A stretch of DNA of 63,327 bases, counting the filler, from Octopus bimaculoides (lineage: Eukaryota): the NCBI RefSeq assembly GCF_001194135.2. It is 4 parts of 4 records of this genome, joined end to end, with 100 filler letters (N's around TTAATTAATTAA, not from the genome) between each part and the next. Parts side by side here need not be neighbours in the genome. Positions count along the whole stretch, not along the records: positions 24,928 to 45,544 come from NC_068988.1; positions 45,645 to 59,927 come from NC_068983.1; 2 more parts are not named here. One strand, written 5' to 3'. Below the pieces are notes generated by a model. That model saw only the letters and a program-made list of their open reading frames with translations, was not told the origin of the DNA and searched no databases. Numbering within the stretch: the stretch's first letter is position 1; each line of letters starts with the position of its first letter. The translations under genes were made by a program, and so were the position numbers. This document shows positions 37,691 through 50,960 of the stretch, in pieces.

Positions 37691-38274
37691 AATAAATTAA
37701 ATGCTTGAATTTAATGCATCTGATATGATGAGATATTAAACGGTTCTTCTACCATTCGTTATGTACTGAGTTAATTGACAGCATAATTAAACATGCATAG
37801 AAATACGTCAAATTCTATAGCGATTCTGAATTTATCAAAAACATTTGAGGCCATCAATCACCATGTAATTGTTGATAAACGCACTAATTTATACAACTGC
37901 CCATTCGTTATAATTCTCGTACACAGCTTCGCTCATTCCAAGAAGGTTAAAGAATCAAATTGAAGGAAAAACCGTATTCGAAAAACAAAAAAAAAGGTGT
38001 TGAGCCGCAGCTAAAACAGCATCTCGATAGGCGCCATTCTGACTACGGACATTCGGGCCACGTTTTGCAGTTGGATGTTGTTATTGTTGCTACTGTCAAA
38101 TGTTTTCTATAATGATGTGGATGTTGTTGTTGTTGATGTTGTTGTTGTTATGCAAATTGGTCAAAGCTAATCTCGCTGAGTATAATATGCTTCGGTAAAA
38201 TGTCTAAGACTAAAACACATGCGTTACGTTTTTCAGTTGGCTTTAAAACCCCGCACCACTATTACTGCAACTAC

Positions 38275-38362
<88 letters not shown>

Positions 38363-38490
38363 GCTGCTACAACTACTACTACAACTAATAATATAATACT
38401 AATAATAATAATAATCCTTTCTACAATAGGCACAAAGCTTCAGATTTTATGTGCCTATAGTAGAAAGGATTATTTTTATTATTATTATCA

Positions 38491-38915
38491 AGACGGCGAG
38501 CTGGCAGAATCGTTAGGACGCCAGACGAAATGCTTAGCGGTATTTCGTCTGCAGCTACGTTCTGAGTTCAAATTATGACGAGGTCGACTTTTCCCTTCAT
38601 CCTTTCGAGGTCGATGAAATAAGTTCCAGTCTAGTACTGGGGTTATGTATTTGACTATCTCCTGTCCCGAAATTGATGCCCTTGAGGCAAAATTTGAAAC
38701 CATCTGGCAAGCTGGCAGAATCGTTAGCGCGCCGCACAAAATGCTTACCGGTATTTCGCCCGTCGCTACGTTCTGAGTTCAAATTCCGCTGAGGTCGACT
38801 TTGCCTTTAATCCTTTCGGGGTCGATAAAATTAGTACTAGTTACGCACTGAAGTAGGTGTAATCGACTTGATCCCTTACCCCAAATTTGAGGCCTTGTGC
38901 TTCCAGTAAAAAAAA
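38491..38915 (+). mobile_element. Two tandem SINE family A copies (38491-38702, 38706-38915)
   Basis: Two heads, two B-boxes and two tails in direct orientation; (ATT)n follows. Confidence 0.88.
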
Positions 38916-38956
38916 TTATTATTATTATTATTATTATTATTATAATAATAATAATA

Positions 38957-38997
<41 letters not shown>

Positions 38998-39139
38998 CAT
39001 CATCAATTTTCCAATTTAATTGCATTCATATACATGTGTTATAAATCAAATCGCTTTTAGCTAAATTTCCTAATTTTCACCTCTCCGCAAATTCATGTGC
39101 GTGCATGTTTGCATATAAACATACATGTAACCACACGCG

Positions 39140-39173
<34 letters not shown>

Positions 39174-39528
39174 ATACATACGTGCATACATACACAGGTA
39201 CGTAGTTACAAACACGCACTCTCATACAGACACATATGCATACATGCATGTATACGTATATACATACGCATTGCATGCTTTCATACACACACACACAAAT
39301 ATTGTCCAAAAGATCAATCAATAGACATTAGATTTATCCTACTTGCATGTTGTGTTTTTTAAGACTTTAAACTTTCTCTAGGGGAAGATTTTCTGCGCTA
39401 ATTGCATAGAAGATATGGTTGATTGAAGCTTTCCATCTTATAACACCATACCCTATTTTAGGTAGAGAACATTTTTTGAGATATTTTCCACCGAATGTGG
39501 ATTTGTAGAGCATTATAGAGTTGGAATT

Positions 39529-39710
39529 TACAAAAGAAAAACAAACAAAATAGAAACGAAGACGGGTGTGTAAACAACAAACAGATGTATTTGTTTAATG
39601 CTCGGGAAGTGAGAAAGTCTTTTACGTTTCGAGCCTACGCTCTTCAATAGAAAGGAACACAGAAGTGAAACAGAGAGCGAAAATATAAAATAGGTTTAGT
39701 GCCTAGCGAT
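39529..39710 (-). mobile_element. Second copy of the hammerhead-bearing repeat seen at 8371-8612
   Basis: GCTCGGGAAGTGAGAAAGTCTTTTACGTTTCGAGCCTACGCTCTTCAATAGAAAGGAA aligns with 8371-8430; 39529-39608 aligns with 8541-8612. Confidence 0.7.
39619..39654 (-). ncRNA. Minimal hammerhead-like motif (U6 family), G5-to-A decayed copy
   Basis: Minus strand CUUU-CUAUUGA-A-GAGC(GUAG)GCUC-GAAA-CGUA-AAAG; palindromic ACGU stem III. Confidence 0.58.
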
Positions 39711-39806
39711 CAATCAAGTATTATATACATAGGTAGGTAGGTAGGTAGGTAGGTAGGTAGGTAGGTAGGTAGGTAGGTGGATGGATGGATGGATGGATAC
39801 ATAGAC

Positions 39807-39873
<67 letters not shown>

Positions 39874-39909
39874 TAGATAGATAGATAGATAGNNNNNNNN
39901 NNCATAGAC

Positions 39910-40014
<105 letters not shown>

Positions 40015-40139
40015 CTCTTTTACTTGTTTCAGTCATTTGACTGCGACCATACTGGAGCACCACCTTTATAGTCGAGCAAATCTACCCCAGAGCTCATTCC
40101 TTGTAAGCGTAGTACTTATTCTATCGGTCTCTTTTGCCG

Positions 40140-40205
<66 letters not shown>

Positions 40206-40868
40206 AACAAATAGTAAATGAGTANNNNNNNNNNNNNNNNNNNNNNNNNNNNNNNNNNNNNNNNNNNNNNNNNNNNNNNNNNNNNNNNNNGTGTGTATGA
40301 ACGCTGTGAGACACGAACTTGAAAGTAGGGACGAAGTAGTTCGCGTGTTTGCTCGGCGATAGCCAAGGAAGAAAAGGATTATTGACCGGAAGCATGTGAC
40401 CATGCCGGTGTAAGGGGAAGAGAGAGAGTGGTAGAGGGAGAAACAAAGGGAGGAAGTAGAAGAATATGTGAGCAACGAGAGGAAAAGAGAAAGAGAGGAA
40501 GTACGAGGGGGAAAAAGAGATACGTAGTACTAACAGAGGAAGAACGAGAGGGGTAAAGCAAGATACGTAGTAGTAAAGAGGAAGAACGAGAGGGGGGAAA
40601 ATGATAGAGGAAGAGAAAGAGAAAGAGATAGAGTAGCGTCGGAAAATATGAAGTTACGAAAACTACTTGTAAAAACAAATAGTAAATGAGTATATGCATA
40701 TATACGAACAAGTATGTGCATATACATATACATATACGACGAACTTCTTCCAGTTTCCATCTGCCAAATCCACTCACAAGGCTTTGGTCGGCCCGAGGCT
40801 ATAGTAGAAGACACTTGCCCAAGGTGCCACACAGTGGGACCGAACCCGGGACCATGTGGTTGGTAAGC

Positions 40869-40870
<2 letters not shown>
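40015..40870 (-). mobile_element. SINE family B split by an insertion in its internal microsatellite
   Basis: Tail 40015-40140 and head 40735-40870; the intervening sequence is 40205-40692. Confidence 0.85.
40205..40692. mobile_element. Unclassified purine-rich dispersed repeat bounded by 20-bp direct repeats
   Basis: AAACAAATAGTAAATGAGTA at 40205-40224 and 40673-40692; the internal part (GTGACCA..GGAGGAAGTAGAA..GTGAGCAACGAGAGG) recurs at 61330-61440. Confidence 0.55.
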
Positions 40871-40925
<55 letters not shown>

Positions 40926-41677
40926 CGTGCTTTTTCAGTTTATATTCCTGAAGTATATTGCAGCTAAAGGCAATAGTAGAAAATACTTGGTTAAGATTTT
41001 ATGCAGTGGGTTTGAACGCGAAACTGAATGCTTGATGAATTGAGCTACTTAACCACAGAGCCACGGCTGATAGAGTTTACCAAAAACGCGCACGTGTGTG
41101 TGCGTGCGTGCGCGCTTGTAAGGTATGCATGTGTGTATGTGCAAACATGTTTATGCGTATGTATTGTGTGTGTGTTGACTGTGTGTTTCACAATAAAGCC
41201 ATTAATTATTATTTCCCTAGCAATTGAACAGATGAGAATGTTGCATGTCTTGATCCAGGAAAATTTAAAATCAGTTTTAACACGTGACACGTCACATGAC
41301 CAAAGAGCAATAATTTAATTATCTAGAACGTTGTAAAGTAATTTCATTTTGTATTTTATTAACTAATAATTGTTTACACAAGCTAAGTCACATCATTATT
41401 TCTTCAACGCTTCCTCCATTCTCTCTCCTCTTCTCTACTCTCCCCTTCCTTTTCTCTCTCTCTCTTTCTTTCTTTTTCTCCCTCTCTCACTCACTTTCAC
41501 TCTTCTGAATTCGTCTCTGCGTCAACATGGACGTGTACACTTATTCGAAGATAAGGTTTCTTTTCTGTCAATGAGAAACACTATTTCTTGGGTTGCTCTT
41601 GCTTTTTCAAGGGAAACTCAGAGTGACAAAGAAGGGCAGTCTATCTGTTTTTATGATTCTGTTTTGTTTATCTGTAG

Positions 41678-41769
<92 letters not shown>

Positions 41770-43209
41770 ACGCGTGTGTATGTGTGTGTATTCTACATAC
41801 ATACACACTCACACACAGACACACACACACATACACACATATTTAGGCGCTGGAGGGCTGTGTAGTAAGTCCAAAGTAGACCATGCAATGTTGGTAGAAT
41901 CTACTTTTCTTTGCCAAGATGTGTTTCAAAGTGATGTAGCGTTTTCATTATGACAACATATGAAAGAGCTCATGTGTTGGAGTAGACGTCTCTTAAATGA
42001 GCTTTCTATTAAACCGATGCATGACGCAATTTTTTGCGGGAATTTTTCCGTCTTTTCAAGCAACGGTAGAAGAAATTTAGCCATGGACTGCACTGCGATA
42101 TCGAACCCGAGATCACGTGGAAAATCTTATTATATATTTCATAGATACAGATAATGTTTATTTAAACGTAGAGTTAATTCTAATGGCTAACAGGAAAGCA
42201 GTGTCATGGCGAACTATGGCAAACACACCAGTTAACTTGCATCAAGATTAGTGTGCTTCCAGCTATAGAATGGAAACAACTTTCACAATTTGTAGCATGC
42301 GCATGCGTGATAATGTTTACGTGTTTAGCAATCAAGAGTAAGAGACAGCAGGAATTTCGTTATGGGCGTTTTACAGATGACAAGATTTATTCTCTTCATT
42401 AGATATTTGATCTGCGGGGTCATGTACTGCATAATTAAGTATACTGCACCACTCCTGCTCAAAAACGTGGTATGAATCTTGGATATGTTGTCGTCTTTCA
42501 GTTCAATCGCTCGCGGTTATCGATCATTATGTCGAAAAATATGCCCAACCGGTGGAATTAAAAATGGATGAAGATATATCACGTCTTTTCTTTTTCTGTT
42601 AAACTAATAGCCGTACACTCCTAACTGAAGACGAATAATCTACCCATGACAATGAGAGCAACTGAGGACAGTAGGTAGGTGTCATTAACGTCGAGGTTTT
42701 TAAGTGCACACTAATCTAATTATTAGTGCCAAATATTCAGAGTTTTAGGAAACTGATGTGGGTCTGTCAAGAAATAATAATCAGTGAAGCTCATAAGATT
42801 GGGTGAGTTTGTAAAACATGAGGATTAGAACGATGTTAGACTGTCCCAACAAGCATTTCACCTGGCGTGCTAACGTTTCTGCCAGCTCGCCGCCTTAATC
42901 TATCTATTTTTCTATCTATTTCTCAAACGCGGGATCGGCCCAGAAATTTCAGAATCCTCTTCTCGTACGGATGGAATACGGACTTACATAAATTCTTGTT
43001 CTTCATTGGTTATTAATACCTCGTAGAATAAACTTACGCTGTTACTGCCACTTTCGTTATTGTTGTATAAGACAATAATAACGATTTTCGAGAAGAGCAT
43101 TCATCATACGATTTTCAACCGTGATCACCCCAACTTTTCGGAAATCAAGAACTAACAGAAACCAATATATTTCAACTCGGCACAAAATTTCATTATTTCT
43201 ATTCTAATC

Positions 43210-43421
43210 ATTTGATAACGGTTTCAAATTGTGACACAAGATCAGCAAATTCGAGTGAGGGGTTAAATCGATTACATTGATTCCAGTGTTCAACTGGTAC
43301 TTACTTTATCGACCCTAAAAGGATGAATGGCAAAGTCGACGTCGGCGGCACTTGAACGCAGACAGACGAAATACCGCTAAGCATCGTGTCCGGAGTACTA
43401 ACGATTCTACCAGCTCGCGGC
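43210..43421 (-). mobile_element. SINE family A
   Basis: Reverse complement of tail, body and head. Confidence 0.85.
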
Positions 43422-44184
43422 CTATTTTATATCCCATAATAATAATAATATTTTAATCTACTCATAACTGTGATATTGATCGAAATCAATCGATTTATTC
43501 TAGTACCATTGATCGAACCACGAAACCAATGAATTTGACCAACTATTTCGTTATTGAAAGACTCGTAAGAAAAGCAAACTCATAAAAACAGATAAATGCA
43601 GAAGACGAGAGCAAACAAAGATACGAACACAGTTGAAATATCGATAGAATCATTGACAATAATTCTTTCCTACAGTGTTCAAATCCACGACGTAACTCCC
43701 GCTACTTTGCGTAAATTTTAGATACTTTTACTAAAATTAAATTTCAGATTGTTGAGCGCTACAGCAAATTGTTTCACAGACAGAAATGATTTATAGATAT
43801 TTCGACTGCATTAGTATATTCCTGTTTTTTTTAATTTTCGTCTTTCTTTTTAATTTATGAATATAGTCTATAGATATATAGTCCGCATAACTGTATTACA
43901 ACCCCATCTGGTTATCTTCTGTTAACAGAAACTCTGTTTGTTTAATTTTAAATGTGAGGTTGGTTGGAAAAACGAATTCGTTCTCGGAGAAAAATATATG
44001 AATATAATATGTATGTGTTTATCACAATTGTATATGTTCAGTTTTCAGTAATTTTTCGCATTAATCACCTTTATATTTCAATCAATGAAGCAATCAATAT
44101 ATATAAAGAATATACGTACGTACGCATACATATATTCAGGAGTACATATGTGTATCAATGTATATGTGTATCAATGTATATGTG

Positions 44185-44261
<77 letters not shown>

Positions 44262-45513
44262 NNNNNNNNNNNNNNNNNNNNNNNNNNNNNNNNNNNNNNN
44301 NNNNNNNNNNNNNNNNNNNNNNNNNNNNNNNNNNNNNNNNNNNNNNNNNNNNNNNNNNNNNNNNNNNNNNNNNNNNNNNNNNNNNNNNNNNNNNNNNNNN
44401 NNNNNNNNNNNNNNNNNNNNNNNNNNNNNNNNNNNNNNNNNNNNNNNNNNNNNNNNNNNNNNNNNNNNNNNNNNNNNNNNNNNNNNNNNNNNNNNNNNNN
44501 NNNNNNNNNNNNNNNNNNNNNNNNNNNNNNNNNNNNNNNNNNNNNNNNNNNNNNNNNNNNNNNNNNNNNNNNNNNNNNNNNNNNNNNNNNNNNNNNNNNN
44601 NNNNNNNNNNNNNNNNNNNNNNNNNNNNNNNNNNNNNNNNNNNNNNNNNNNNNNNNNNNNNNNNNNNNNNNNNNNNNNNNNNNNNNNNNNNNNNNNNNNN
44701 NNNNNNNNNNNNNNNNNNNNNNNNNNNNNNNNNNNNNNNNNNNNNNNNNNNNNNNNNNNNNNNNNNNNNNNNNNNNNNNNNNNNNNNNNNNNNNNNNNNN
44801 NNNNNNNNNNNNNNNNNNNNNNNNNNNNNNNNNNNNNNNNNNNNNNNNNNNNNNNNNNNNNNNNNNNNNNNNNNNNNNNNNNNNNNNNNNNNNNNNNNNN
44901 NNNNNNNNNNNNNNNNNNNNNNNNNNNNNNNNNNNNNNNNNNNNNNNNNNNNNNNNNNNNNNNNNNNNNNNNNNNNNNNNNNNNNNNNNNNNNNNNNNNN
45001 NNNNNNNNNNNNNNNNNNNNNNNNNNNNNNNNNNNNNNTATATATATATATATATATGAATATATATATATACATACATATATATATATGTATGCATGTA
45101 CGTAAATGTGTATGTATGTGTGTATGCGTGTGTCCGTGTGTTTGTGTATGTATGTTTGTGTGTGTATAGATTATGAGTGTGAGCGTGTGAGTATTTAAAT
45201 GCACGTGATTTCTTTTCCAGTAAGTCCTAATTTCCGTCCTTTATAGTTATTCTGTGTCACGCGATGCATTGTCAGGGATTAAGCAGTGCACACACGGACG
45301 GACAGACACAAGTTTCAAAATTCACAAGCACAAATACACATGTACAAGAATGCATACACGCACACATACACACATACACACTTATACATATATGCATGCA
45401 TACATCCATCACTGCATACGCACACACACACACAGAGTGTATATGCGTATAAGTACTTATACGTATTTATATATATATATGTGTGTGTGTGTATGTTTGT
45501 GTATGTATGTATG

Positions 45514-45544
<31 letters not shown>

Positions 45545-45644
45545 NNNNNNNNNNNNNNNNNNNNNNNNNNNNNNNNNNNNNNNNNNNNTTAATTAATTAA
45601 NNNNNNNNNNNNNNNNNNNNNNNNNNNNNNNNNNNNNNNNNNNN
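45545..45644. other. Artificial 100-bp scaffold join
   Basis: N44-TTAATTAATTAA-N44. Confidence 0.95.
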
Positions 45645-45887
45645 AAACACCTAAAGCCCACGAGGCTCCGGCAGGGGATGGTGGTGAACCCTGCTGTACT
45701 CTTTCACCACAACTTTCTCTCACTCTTTCTTCCTGTTTCTGTTGTACCTGTAATTGAAAGGGTCAGCCTTGTCACGCTGAATATCCCCGAGAACTACGTT
45801 AAGGGTACACGTGTCTGTGGAGTGCTCAGCCACTTGCACGTTAATTTCATGAGCAGGCTGTTCCGTTGATCGGATCAACTGGAACCG
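45645..45887 (+). mobile_element. SINE family C 3' half
   Basis: GGGTCAGCCTTGTCAC..CCCGAGAACTACGTTAAGGGTACACGTGTCTGTGGAGTGCTCAGCC..GAGCAGGCTGTTCCGTTGATCGG matches 36960-37100. Confidence 0.85.
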
Positions 45888-46280
45888 CGTGTGTTTCTGT
45901 GTATGTGTGAGAGAGAAAGAGAGAGAGTGTGTGTGTGTGTGTGTGAAAGACAGTGTGTGTGTGTGCGGGTGTATGCGCGTATATACATGTACGTATATGT
46001 ATAATCTGTGTGTACGTACGTATGTATTTGTGTGTATATACCAATAAAGCGCAACCTCGCTTTCAGACATAACTTGAAGGAAACATGACTACAATTATCT
46101 AAGTTTTTCAAATTTATTTTCCCTTTTAATACCTTATTTTACCATTGTATCCATACATTTTGCCAAAACGTCTACATTTTTAATGGATCAAAACTTCTTA
46201 CTTCAGTTTAAATACATCTTCGGGTTTACTGTTGATGTAGTTGTTGTTGTTGGTGTTGTTGTTGGTGGTGGTGGTGGTCG

Positions 46281-46317
<37 letters not shown>

Positions 46318-46555
46318 TCTGGCTTTATCTGATTGAGTAATCCTATTATCAAAATTATCACATCTTTTATATTCTGATACAGATTTTCTTCACCCACATT
46401 ATCCAATATATACCTCTGTTTTGTAAGCAAGTTGGATGTGGTGTGTGTGAGAGAGATTTTGCTGATAAATTTAACAGAACGAACGATCATGAAGCGGCTT
46501 CTTCATTGCCTCGAGTTTATGATAGTACTTTTTAAGCAAAGGCAAAATGTTATTA

Positions 46556-46725
46556 TACGAGAAACACAGCAATACATCGGTCCCAGCATTGCTGCTACTT
46601 TTGAAATCCGGCCTGGAAGTTGTCTTTCGAAAGCGAGTCGAGGACATTCTGCGATTCGCTCTGGACCTCGACAACGGTGTTAAAACGACGACCTTTCAGC
46701 TGCATTTTCATCTTGGAGAAGTAAC
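46556..46725 (-). mobile_element. mariner transposase C-terminal fragment
   Basis: FSKMKMQLKGRRFNTVVEVQSESQNVLDSLSKDNFQAGFQK*QQCWDRCIA, ending at a TACGAG TIR tip next to TA. Confidence 0.85.
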
Positions 46726-47261
46726 TTAATTACTTCTTTCAAGAATATGTTTCTCAACAAAAGAGTTAGGCCATACATATATACATACATATACGTATGT
46801 ATGTATGTATGTATGTATGTATGTATGTATGTATGTATGTGTGTGTGTATGTATATATGTATGTATGAATGTATGTATGTATGTATGTATGTATGTATGT
46901 ACGTACGTATGTATGTATGTATGTATGCATGTATAACTCATAGGGCATGTGCAGGAGAGCGAGAATCCAATCCATTCTTAATAGGCTTTGGCAAATTCGA
47001 CCGCAAATACTTGATCACTGTTGTTTTCGATCATCGGTGAATACCTCTTCGTTTTAGACAGACAATGTGTGTGTGTTCATAACACGCGACTCATAGGTGT
47101 AAGGGAACTGTTATAGATTTGGGTCATAGCTAAATACACCAGCAACTCAACCAAGCTTGCCGGTTGATGGAGATAAGTTCTGGACTCCCGGGGGAGGAAA
47201 AACAGACTCTATTTTGGGAGAGTTTGCAGTATCTTATGATAAGCATATATACACTTGCGTA

Positions 47262-47373
<112 letters not shown>

Positions 47374-47559
47374 AGTATGTATATGCACATGGAAGAAGGA
47401 TAGTTCTAACTGAAACCTGTGATAGTAGTTGTCAGGTGCCATTTTTGTTTTGTGTTGGTTTTCGTTTTTGCTTGTAGCTAGCCTAACGTCTTCAAGCGTT
47501 TAGAGATTAGCACTCGTGCCATACAAATGTCGACTAGATTGAAATTTGATGTGTGAGGA

Positions 47560-48225
47560 CTTTCTGCATTTTTTCTCTTCCAGTGCAAGTCAAAAACTCG
47601 AACATTCTTAAAGTACAGATAGCTAACCTTTTGTTGCAGAGTTCAGAATGTAACTGCCCAAGCCTTTCTGATACAATTCTATTGCCAATGATCACAAACG
47701 ACTGGTCTTTCTCTTCGGAGTCTAAAGATTTTCAGCCACCACCAGTTATTGGTATTATACAAAGCCAGGTGAGGCCCGCATGAAATACTACTCTTACAGC
47801 TGAGAGGCTACTACTACTACTACTACTACTACTACTGCACATACAAGCATTCTAAACCACATCCATTAAAGTCTCACCCTTATTAATCTTATCGGCATAA
47901 AATCACTCACAAACACGCCTCGGTTTCTGTCCCAGAATCGTTTTGTCTCCTCTCCCTGTTTTTCTACTATTTCTATAAGGACCTCTGCTCATCTGATCTG
48001 GTTGCGCTCAAGCTACCTTCATTCAGACATCCCCACCCGACGTGTCTCATCCTCATTGTTGTGTCCAACCCCACCTCAGTAGACACCGTATTAAACACTA
48101 AGTCTAGTATTTCTCTCTCAGAATGTAGGCACGCTGGAATTGCCTTCCTGCTCATATCCTTCTTGTAAGTGTTTACAAGCAGAACGTCAAGAGGAATATT
48201 AATGGTATAAATCACATCAGTCTAC
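47560..48225 (+). mobile_element. CR1/L2-group LINE, RT C-terminal and 3' remnant
   Basis: With frameshifts: HQLLVLYKAQVRPAMKYYSYS* (compare LYKAQVRPxMEYCS), LSLFFYYFYKDLCSSDL, RWNCLPAHI..KRNINGI (compare WNSLP..FKRxIN). Confidence 0.8.
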
Positions 48226-48949
48226 GTGGTGGAGGCGGTGGTGGTGATGATTGTAGGGGCTGCGACGACTAAGGGTACTACCGCTTCCTCCAGACCCAGC
48301 AAGTAAAAAAAAACATGTATTAAAGTTACACTTCATTATACACGAATCAGCTGCTTGTTAAAGCATACAGATAAGAGATGTGTAAACCATTCATTATCTC
48401 TGGAAGTTAAATCGTAAATCAATAGAACAAATAACAAAGCAATAACGTGGGCTAGAATATATACACGACAAAACTGATAGCAATGTTAGTAACCAACAAA
48501 CATGTCATCATATAAGTGGCACGATCAATTTTTCTATTCAATAATGAACTTGTTGACTATTCTTTCGGAATCATCCATCATTCCTGTTGTATCACATCAT
48601 TTTACGCAGCCATCCTCCGTTCTAACCTATCATGATGAACTCCTTTAAAAGATACCAAATAACTAATAGTGTTTATTACTTTTCCCGAAAACTAGGTAAT
48701 AACCGTGATGTAGCGTTAAGAGAACCTAAGAATTATATACTAAAGGAATAGAATAGAAGTTAATACTTGATCGATAAAAGAAATGGGAGCTACAGATATG
48801 CTAAAATCTGAGAGTCGTAACTGGACGCGGTTTGTATTCTGTCATCAGTATTCAACTGCGTTTATGACAAAAATACTTAATTCTTCAATGATCTAGAGTA
48901 CCTAAAAGCAAATAAATAACACTGGCTGCACAGCCAACTACAATAGAAT

Positions 48950-49975
48950 CTGTACATTGTTCTGAGTATGAGTCAACTCTACTCGTTTGAATCCGTAAAG
49001 ATTTCCTGCTTACAATTGCTAAAATTAGGCCCCTAGAATGACTCCTTCTAACATAGGTACAAGACCTGAAATATGGGAGAGTGAAGTTGAACATAATGAA
49101 TCAAACGAATGAAAAATAAGTTAGTCTAAGTAATTTTGTCCTAGCTCATTTATATGGACCACCGAATGTTCTTCCCAAGGAAGATAAAATAGCAACTGAG
49201 ATAAAAAAGAAATCATAGACTGGTCATCACACACTTAATGATTACAGACACAACACATCAATATCACCAGGATAAACCAAATAAATGATGCATCAACTAC
49301 AAAAGGAAAATGGATACTCTCTCACGCCTACTCATATAGGTCTTACATAGATTAAACAACGCTGAAAATTAGCAAAGAAGAAAATCAAACGAAGTGAAAA
49401 TGTCTCTCAATCCTTGGTGAAATCAATAATGAAATGATACAACCAAAAAGATACGTGAAGTAAATGTAAAAATACAACAAAGCAACAGCAAAGAAAATGA
49501 AATGGAATTGAAACATACTGGAATAGTATTACGAAATACTCCATCCCATCACATACCCCAGAAAAAGAGATAATATAAATATGCATCGGAAAAGGTCTCA
49601 GAGTGTATCAAAGCAACAACGCTCTGAAATATGAATATCCACAGATATAAAGACCATGGTTAATCGGCCAGATATTATTGACAAGGACAAGCAGAAAAGG
49701 ATGTGTCTCTTAATGTCAGTTTCAGTTTCAACAGAAGGTCATATATCTCTAAAAGAAGTGGAGAAATATCTAAATATAAAGATTTGGAAAGAGAAATACT
49801 GTGGAAACTGAAAACAAAAATAAGCTCTATCATAATGGACGGCTTGGAAATGATCATAAATATGCAAATAGTTAAAATTCCCACAGTTTACAAATATCCA
49901 CAGCATTCAAAAAATAGCACAACTAGGCACAGCAAACAAATTACTTGGGGTTCTTTCGATACAGTTGAAAACACT
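48950..49975 (+). mobile_element. R4/Dong-like non-LTR retrotransposon 3' remnant with restriction-like endonuclease domain
   Basis: HWNSITKYSIP..EKVSE..TTL*..TDIKTMVNRPDIIDKDKQKRMCLL..KEVEK/ISKYKDLEREI..QKIAQLGTA matches the RLE PD..EK..KY motif order. Confidence 0.85.
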
Positions 49976-50659
49976 GCACATACGCAAGGCACAAAGAGTT
50001 GCACTCCGCAGTATAGTAAAAGCAATGGGGAAAATAATATAAAGGAATTATTCTCTCAACAATCACGTTCCCTATCACCCCCACTTTAAAATATAAAGAT
50101 CTCCCTCAAAATAAGTACTTGTATATTTTACTAGAGTGGTTTTTACTGAGTCACATGCAGTCAACATAAACAAGGATATAGTTAAGTGTAGCCGTTTATC
50201 TAGCAACAAATATATAAAAATATACAATGAAAGAAGTAATGGATACAAATGATGTCCAATGATACTTCAACACCATTATAAGCACCCATCCCCTCATACA
50301 GGCTGCAATAGAAACAACTATAACTAGAGTCAACTTCCAACAACAAGGAATAGCTGATCAGAATAACCAACTATCAAGCCACAAGGGTGATACCAACATA
50401 CACAGTAACAGAGGTCACTGGTCAACGAAGTTAGAAACCATAGATTTTCTACAAGCAAACATAACATACTCTGGTTAAAACTTCCTGGTGGGCGGTGTTT
50501 CAATTGGCTTTTATTTTTATAATGCTGAATACATAAAGAATGGTGATGAATATATAGATAAAAGAAATTGGGACTCATATTAATAAAACGACACTATTGC
50601 TACTGATACACTTCAAAACATTAGTATTAATATTGAAGATACGTCTACGTGATGAAGGT

Positions 50660-50870
50660 ATTTGCGTTGGAACCATAGGGTTCAGTCCCAGACCAATACC
50701 TTCTGAGTGGAATTTGGTAGACGGAAAGTGTCTAGAAGCCCATAATAGATGTTTGTGTGTGTGTGTGTGTGTGTGTGTGCAAGAAATTTTGATATGACAG
50801 CCTCTTTCCACTATTGACAGCAACACACCAGTTAGTTTATAGTTGTGTTTGTGCCAGAAACACAAGTTCA
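50660..50870 (+). mobile_element. Diverged SINE family B-like fragment
   Basis: GGGTTCAGTCCC..TGAGTGGAATTTGGTAGACGGAAA..(TG)n. Confidence 0.65.
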
Positions 50871-50960
50871 TGTTGTGTTCCAAACAAATTATTTAAATGT
50901 TTTATATCTGTATATGTCTAAATATATACATATATAGAAACGTGGTTATCCACCATTAGG

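Noticed and set aside
46471-46674. ORF MSRSRANRR.. as a host exon
   Set aside because: It is an alternative frame of the mariner transposase remnant
47640-47769. Plus-strand exon candidate (TTGCAG acceptor, CAG|GTGAGG donor)
   Set aside because: The same bases encode the LINE RT motif LYKAQVRP..; it is explained as a CR1/L2-group remnant
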